Source: the human T2T-CHM13v2.0 reference genome, Homo sapiens
Length of the DNA: 64,000 nucleotides
Reading direction: 5' to 3' (one strand)
Assembly (NCBI RefSeq): GCF_009914755.1
Contig: NC_060942.1
Both the position numbers and the translations under genes were made by a program. The stretch's first letter is position 1; the number at the start of each line of letters is the position of its first letter. Shown in pieces: positions 50,487-64,000 of this stretch. The notes under the pieces are model-generated. The model worked only from the letters and a program-made list of their open reading frames with translations. It was not told the origin of the DNA and made no database searches.

Positions 50487-52233
50487 CTTTTTTTTTTTTT
50501 TCCCTGAGACAGTCTCGCTCTGTCACGCAGGCTGGAGTGCAGTGCAGCAATCTAGGCTCACTGCAAGCTCCGCTTCCCGGGTTCACGCCATTCTCCTGCC
50601 TCAGCCTCCGCAGTACCTGGGACTACAGGCGCCTGCCGCCATCTTATGTCCGGAATTGGTGGATTCTTGCTCTCACTGACTTCAAGAATGAAGCCGCAGA
50701 CCCTCCTGGTGAGTGTTACAGTTCTTAAAGGCGGCATGTCCGGAGTTTGTTCCTCCTGATGTGTTCAGTTTCTTCCTTCTGGGTGGGTTCGTGGTCTCGC
50801 TGGCTCAGGGATGAAGCTACACACCTTCGCCTTGAGTGTTACAGCTCTTAAGGCAGCCGGTCTGGAGTTGTTCATTCCTCCCCGTGGGTTCGTGGTCTCG
50901 CTGACTTTAGGAGTGAAGCTGGAGACCTTGCAGTGAGTGTTACAGCTCATAAAGGCAGTGTGGACCCAGAGAATGAGCAGTAGCAACATTTATCACAAAA
51001 AGCAAAAGAACAAAGCTACCACAGTGTAGAAGGACACCCGACCAGGTTTCCACTGGGAACTTGGGCAGCCTGGTTTTATTGTCTTATCTGGCCCCACCCA
51101 CAGCCTACTGATTGGTCAATTTTATAGAGAGCCGATTGGTCTGTTTTACAGAGAGCTGATTGGTCCATTTTGACAAGGTGCTGATTGGTGCGTTTAGAAT
51201 CCCTTAGCTAGACATAAAGGTTCTCCAAGTCCCCACCAGATCAGCTAGACACAGAGCACCCACAGATTGGTGCATTTACAAACCTTGAGCTAGACGCAGG
51301 GTGCTGATTGGTGCATTTACAAACCTTGCGCTAGATACAGAGTGCCGATTGGTGTATTCACAGTCCCTTAGCTAGACATAAAGATTCTCCAAGTGTCCAC
51401 CAGATTAGCTAGATACAGAGTGCCATTGATGCATCCACAAATCCGGAGCTAGGCACAGTGTGCTGATTGGTGTGTTGACAATCCCTTAGCTAGACCTAAA
51501 GGTTCTCCAAGTCCCCACTAGACTCAGGAGCCCTGCTGGCTTCATCCAGTGGATCCCGCACTGGGCCGCAGGTGGAGCTGCCTGCCAGTCCTGGGCCGTG
51601 GCCTGCACTCCTCAGCCCTTGGGCGGTGGATGGGATCGGGCGCTGTGGAGCAGGGAGTGGCACTCGCTCAGGGAGGCTCGGGCTGTGCAGGAGCCCACAT
51701 CCCGAGCCCTGCCCCGCGGGGAGGCAGCTAAGGCCCGGCGAGAAATCGAGCGCAGGCACTGCTGGGGGACCCAGTGCACCCTCCGCAGCTGCTGGCCCCA
51801 CTGCCCAGGGCCGCTCTGAGTGCAGGGCCCGCCAAGCCCACGCCCATCCGGAACTCTAGCTGGCCTGCAAGCGCCACACGCAGCCCTGGTTCCCACCCGC
51901 GCCTCTCCCTCCACACCTCCCGGCAAGCTGAGGGAGCCGGCTCTGGCCTCAACCAGCCCAGAGGGGGGCCCCCACAGCGCAGTGGCAGGCTGAAGGGCTC
52001 CTGGAGCATGGCCAGAGTGGTCTCAGAGGCCAAGGAGGTGCCAAGAGTGAGCGAGGGCTGCGAGGGCTGCCAGCACGCTGTCCCCTCTGAATGCCAGGCT
52101 AATTTTTTGTATTTGTAGTAGAGACGGGGTTTCACGTGTTAGCCAGGATGGTCTCGATATCCTGACCTTGTGATCTGCCCGCCTCAGCCTCCCAAAGTGC
52201 TGGGATTACAGGTGTGAGTCACCGTGCCTGGCC
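50487..52233 (-). mobile_element. AluY split in two (50487-50644 and 52091-52233) by an LTR12 insertion
   Basis: AluY diagnostics (caagctccgc, gggttcacgccattctcc, gtgttagccaggatggtctcgat). The 13 bp TSD gtgaccagttctt at 50477-50489 and 52234-52246 brackets both halves. Confidence 0.92.
50645..52090 (-). mobile_element. LTR12 (ERV9) solo LTR, about 1.45 kb, C/D/E-type
   Basis: The minus strand starts TCAGAGGGGACAGCGTGCTGGCAG (consensus TGAGAGGTGACAGCGTGCTGGCAG) and ends CCAATTCCGGACATA. It has a GC-rich U3, tandem CCAAT-containing repeats and an AATAAAA TATA-like box at 51080-51074. Confidence 0.93.
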
Positions 52234-54082
52234 GTGACCAGTTCTTAAGAGAACAGACAGTTAGCAAAGGTCAACCCCAAGATGACACACCTGGTGACAT
52301 TGTCAAATAAAGACTTTAAAATAGATACTATAAGCTTCATGAGGTAAAGGAAAACACATGTTAAGTAAAGTAAGTGGAAAGATCATTAAAAAAGAAAATA
52401 GAAAATTTAGTATTGAAACATACAATATCTGAAATTTAAAATTTACTGGATGGGGCCGGATATGGTGGCTCACACCTGTAATCCCGGCTCTTTGGGAGGC
52501 TGAGGCAAGCGTATGTATCACTTGAGGTCAGGAGTTCAAAACCAGCCTGGGCAACATGGTCTCTACCAAAAATACAAAAAATTAGCTAGGCATGGTGACA
52601 CGTAACTGTGGTCCCAGCTACTCAGGTGGCTGAGGTGGGAAGATCACTTGAGCCTGGGAGGTGGAAGTTGCAGTGAGTCAAGATTGTGCCACTGCATTCC
52701 AGCCTGGGTAACAGAGTGAGACCCTGTCTCAAAATAAATACATACGTAAAATAAAATTTACTGGATGGGTTCAATAGCAGAATGAAGATGACAGAGAAAA
52801 GAGTAAGTGAACCTAAAGACAGATTAATAGAAGTTATCCAATTTGAAGAACAAAGAGAAAAAAGATCGGAAAAAAACTGAATAGAACTTCAGGGACTCAT
52901 GGGACTATATCAAAAGTCTAACACTGATAACACTGGAGTCCTATAAAGATATTGGTATGGAAAAAAACATTTGAAGATAATGACTGAAAACTTCCCAAAC
53001 TTGGAGAAAAAGACATCAACTTGCAGATTTAAGAAGTTCAGCGAACCCAAAATAGAATAAACTCAGAGAAAAGCGCACCCAAACACATTATAATCAAACT
53101 ACTAAACACTAAATGTAATGAAAAAAATCTTAAAAGCAGCTAAGGAAAAATGACACATTATATACAGGAGAACGATGATGTTAACAATGATGTTGGACTT
53201 CTCATCAGAAACCACAGAAGCCAGAAGACAGTGGAATAACATCTGTAAAATTATGACAAAACTGTCAAGCCAGCACTCCACATCCAGCAAAAATATCCTC
53301 AGGCATGAAGGAGAAACAAAGATATTCTCAGATGAAGGAAAACTAAGAAAACTCATAGCTAACTAAAAGAAATGTGCAAGGAAGTTCTTCAGACTGAAGC
53401 AAAATAATACTAGGTGAAACCTGGAACTTTAGGAATGAATGAAGAACAACACGAACAGTAAATAGCTGGGTAAATCTAAAAGATTGTTTGCCTTTTTCTT
53501 CCTATTTAGTTCTTTAAAATATGTATAATTTTTTGTTGTTGTTTTTTGTTTTTTGTTGTTTGTTATTGTTGTTGTTGTTTGAGATGGAGTCTCACTCTTG
53601 TCATCCAGGCTGGAGTGTAGTGGCGTGATCTCAGCTCGCTGCAACCTTGGTTCAAGCGATTCTCCTGCCACAACCTCCCATGTAGCTGGGATTACAGGCA
53701 CGCGCCACCATGCCCAGCTAATTTTGTATTATTAGTAGAGACGTGGTTTCACCATGTTGGCCAGGATGGTCTCAATCTCTTGACCTCGTGTTCCACCCAC
53801 CTTAGCCTCCCAAAGTGCTGGGATTACAGACATGAGCCACTGCACCCGGCCTAAAATATGTATAATTGTTGAAAGAAAAAAAAATTTTTGAAAGAAAAAT
53901 TTAACCTTGTCCTATGGGGTTTTTAATGCTTCTGTATATTTAATATATATGACAACTATGACATAAAGGAAGGAAGTTAAAGGACCTTTATGGTTGTAAG
54001 GCATCTGCATATTACTTAAATAGTAAAACATTGCTCTAAGTAGACCCAGAAATGTTAAGTATTTCTATTGTACTACTTAGAG

Positions 54083-54282
54083 CAGTCATTCTTAATTGGA
54101 GTCGAGAAGACATTTTTGATTGCCATAACTGGAGAAAGGCGTGTGACTGGCATCTAGTGGGTAGAGGTCAGAAATGTTGCTAAACATTTTACATTGCACA
54201 ATGCAGAACAAAGATTTATCTGGTCCAAAACAGAGAATTATCTGTTTCAAAATATCAATAGTGTTAAGAGTGAGAAACCTTG
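54083..54282. mobile_element. MER20 (hAT-Charlie)
   Basis: Contains the MER20 core ctggcatctagtgggtagaggtcagaaatgttgctaaacat and ends gagaaaccttg. Confidence 0.8.
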
Positions 54283-54819
54283 CTCTAGAACAACCAGAAA
54301 GAGCGAGAGTGAGAGAGAACCAAAAAGCAACAGATAAAATAGAGTAGAATACTGAAACTATCCAAACAGTCCAAAAGAAGGCAGAAAGGGAAAGAGAAAA
54401 TAGGGAAACAAAAAAGCAGACAGGACAAAAAAAAATACATAATAAAATGATATAACTAAATCTAAACATCCCAATAATTACATTAAATATAAATGATCTA
54501 AACACACCAATTAAAAGATAAAAGTTACTATATTGGCTTAAAAAATCTCTGTGCTGTCCTCAGGAAAGCCAGTTTAATTATAAAGACTTAGATAGGCAAA
54601 AAGTAAAAAGGTAGAAAAAGATATACCATGCAAACAATAATCAAAAGGAATTTGGAGAAGACATAATAATCCTAAATGGGTACACATCTAATAACAAGGT
54701 TTTAAGATACATGAAGGACAAAAACAAATCTTAACAAATTTACATAAGTTGAAACCACACAAAGCATTTTAACTGACCATAATAAAATTATGTTAGAAAT
54801 CCACAACAGAAATATAATT

Positions 54820-59670
<4,851 letters not shown>

Positions 59671-59680
59671 CATAATAATG

Positions 59681-60840
<1,160 letters not shown>

Positions 60841-62376
60841 ACTTCTTTTTCCAAATCTCCTTTAATATAAGCTATCCAGATTCGTGAACTGGAAGTACTC
60901 CATCTCACATTCCCCAGTCACATATCTTAATCTAATTTAGTCAGAAACTACAGTGGTTTACATGTTTCTAAAAACAGAACTATTTGACTTGCACAACAAG
61001 TGGAGAGCTGTGTAGTGACTGAAACGTATAACCTCCAAATACAAGGAATTTTCACATTAGCAAAAGAGAAAAATTTTAGAAATCATTCTATGGCGGTTAG
61101 GGGGAATCATAGATTGAAGTTTGAAATCCTATATGAAACCCTCTGTTGTGTTTTTCCTTGCATTTTAGGACCTCTAGCCTGCTTTCTTGTCTTATACTTC
61201 TTGGAAACTAATGTTCTCCCAGCAAACATCAATAGGACTACCAGAGTGACCCCTAATGCCAGAGTACACACACTCCCACTCCCTAAATGCCATCCTAAAT
61301 TCCTGAGGGAGCCAGGATCAACTGGTATCTATTTCTGGACCTCAGGATAGTGCAGAGTTTTGTTAGGGTGTTTTTAGTCCTAACAAGGCAGCATAAGCCA
61401 GCATAGCTTGCTGTGTAATTGGGGTAGGAAATAGTATCCCTCGCTACTTATTCATGACTGTTATTTTCTTTAAAAAACACACACATACACACTTTTATTT
61501 GTTTATTTTAGAGACAGGGTCTTACTCTGTTGCCCAGGCTGAAGTGCAGTGGTGCCATCACAGCTCGCTACAGCCTTGACCTCTCGGGCTCAGGTGTTCC
61601 TCCTGCCTCAGTCTCCCTAGGTGCTGGTGCCACCATGCCCGGGTAGTTGTGTGTGTGTGTGTACAATCCTTCCACCTCAGCCTCCTGTCTAAAAAAACTT
61701 AAAAACAAAAACAAAAAAACCCAATGCTACAAATCAGAAAACAGCCCTTACTGCTAAAGAAAGAGAACACTGTCTTTGGTGAGATTTGGCAGAAATATTA
61801 AATGATGAAAATGGGGAGTACCTCTTCTGAGTCTCAAATTTCTCTTCTGGCATATGTGGATTATAATGCTTCCTGCAGGGAATTGTTCTGAGAAATAAGA
61901 TAATTGATTGGAAAAAATTTAATAAACTACAACATTCTAAGTAAATGTTATTAATGTTGTTTTTTATATGCACCAATATGATTTATCACCTTAATAATTT
62001 AGTTTTAATTGAAAAAGTTGACATGTTTATTTGGCTTATATTTCTTTCCAATTGCTTGTTTCCTTTATGAAGAGAGGCAGTTGGCATTTCAGTAAATTAT
62101 TTTTAAAAGTCCTTTATCCTTTATATTTTTTCCTCTGCTTTCTATTTTCAACAAGATGATCAAATCCATCCACATTATTTTCTATGTAGCCATGTTTATT
62201 TAGAGGTATTTTAAGTACACAAAATATTTCCACGAATATACATGGTACATCTTATCTTTTAAAGACTAAATTTGAGAAGGTAAAAATCTTTGCTCCACTA
62301 TTTCTAAAATATATTGCCCCTAGATACCAGTGTTGAAGTTCTCAGAATTCATATTTAATCATCACTGTAGCTCAAA

Positions 62377-62717
62377 ATATATATATATAAGATATATATG
62401 TATATATATAAGATATATATGTATATATATAAGATATATATGTATATATATAAGATATATATGTATATATATAAGATATATATGTATATATATAAGATAT
62501 ATATTATATATAAGATATATATGTATATATAAGATATATATGTGTATATATAAGATATATATGTATATATAAGATATATATGTGTATATATCTTATATAT
62601 ATGTATATATAAGATATATATGTGTATATATAAGATATATATGTATATATATGATATATATGTATATATATGATATATATGTATATATATATAAGATATA
62701 TATATATGTATATATAC
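62377..62717. repeat. AT-rich minisatellite, about 19-21 bp unit (AAGATATATATGTATATATAT)n
   Basis: A directly visible tandem array of about 340 bp. Confidence 0.95.
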
Positions 62718-62785
62718 ACTGCTGCAGACAAGGCCAGTTGCAGATATAGCCTCACTGTGTAACTTGTCTATGCAAAACATAGTTA

Positions 62786-63154
<369 letters not shown>

Positions 63155-63910
63155 TTATATTTTAAGATAGTTTATTATCCAGGCATGGTAGCTCATGCCT
63201 ATAATCCCAGCACCCTGAGAGGCCAAGGCGGGTGGATTGCTTGCAAATATGAAGAGTAGGAGATTTTCAGTTATTTGATTTTCTCAATTGCTTGCACTCC
63301 AAATAAATAGGAGTTTTGCACATTTTGCATTAAACAGGCAAGTGGGACAGGAAGAAATACATTCATAGTGATGAAGGATTGGCGTTTGTGAAAGATAGAA
63401 ACACGAAGAAATAAACACATAAGTTTACAAACTATTCATATTTATAAATATGAGAATTCATATTCCAGTTTCGGAATGGATATCAGTATTCATTATTCCG
63501 TTGCTCTCTATTAAAAACTAATGACCAGATTTTTAAACTGAAGCACTCCAAAAGATTTAAAATGTTAATTAAAAGAACTTTTTATGTTTTTTGTAATTAA
63601 AAGACAAATATAGGTATTTCACTAAGACATTTATTTTAAACTTCATAACTTAAATGGAATAAAACATCAGAGTGAGTTGTTGGATGAATATAATCCTAAT
63701 AGTTAATATTTATAATTCTAATGACTATTTATTATATTTATCAAGATTTAGTAAAGCCTATGTGCCTTGTACAGTTCTAGATTTTATCTGATTATCTCAT
63801 TTTACTTAAGATAATCCACTGACATATCTCAATTTTACAGATAAAGATGATGAGCCTCAGAATATGAATTAACTTGTGCCATGTCAGGAACTAGATATGT
63901 GACAGAACAT

Positions 63911-63912
<2 letters not shown>

Positions 63913-63950
<38 letters not shown>

Positions 63951-64000
63951 AGACGGAGTCTCGCTCTGTCGCCCAGGCTGGAGTGCAGTGGCGCGATCTC
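63913..64000 (-). mobile_element. Young Alu (AluY-like), cut by the window edge
   Basis: An uninterrupted 37 nt poly(T) followed by gagacggagtctcgctctgtcgcccaggctggagtgcagtggcgcgatctc with all CpGs intact. Confidence 0.88.

Larger units (their letters stand above)
49700..54815 (+). mobile_element. Old L1M 5' region (5' UTR, ORF1, start of ORF2) hosting the AluY/LTR12, further Alus (52454-52750 +, 53531-53851 -) and MER20
   Basis: ORF1 peptide DFSSETTEARRQWNNI...EGETKIFSDEGKLRKLI. The Alus have TSDs aaaatttactggatggg and taaaatatgtataatt. Confidence 0.8.

Noticed and set aside
51100-51520. Repeat-spacer-like array resembling CRISPR
   Set aside because: These are the degenerate U3 tandem repeats of LTR12. 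The intervening sequences are themselves repeated, there are no cas genes and the context is eukaryotic.

Overview
Primate (human or great-ape) genomic DNA, not prokaryotic. The window contains the 5' end of ROCK1 (Rho-associated coiled-coil kinase 1) on the minus strand. Coding exon 1 is 29889-29981 (MSTGDSFETRFEKMDNLLRDPKSEVNSDCLL, followed by a GTGAGT donor). It has a roughly 0.94 kb GC-rich 5' UTR and a CpG-island promoter near 30.9 kb. Positions 1-29888 are intron 1 and positions above about 31 kb are upstream intergenic DNA. The rest is dominated by interspersed repeats: more than 40 Alus, degraded L1M/L2/MIR, Tigger/Charlie/MER20 DNA transposon relics, MaLR LTRs, an LTR12 (ERV9) solo LTR nested inside an AluY, a full-structure SVA_A-like element, an RPL21 processed pseudogene and a truncated U6 copy. 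Almost all ORFs in the supplied track are repeat-derived or CpG-island artefacts. I see no evidence of a novel multi-gene system. The best leads are regulatory hypotheses: four uORFs in the ROCK1 leader, an in-phase cryptic donor upstream of the ATG, Z-DNA and G4 motifs at the TSS, divergent splice donors, and a co-oriented LTR12 promoter about 20 kb upstream. There are also several local duplication scars. Repeat subfamily calls and the TSS position are from memory of consensus sequences and are approximate.
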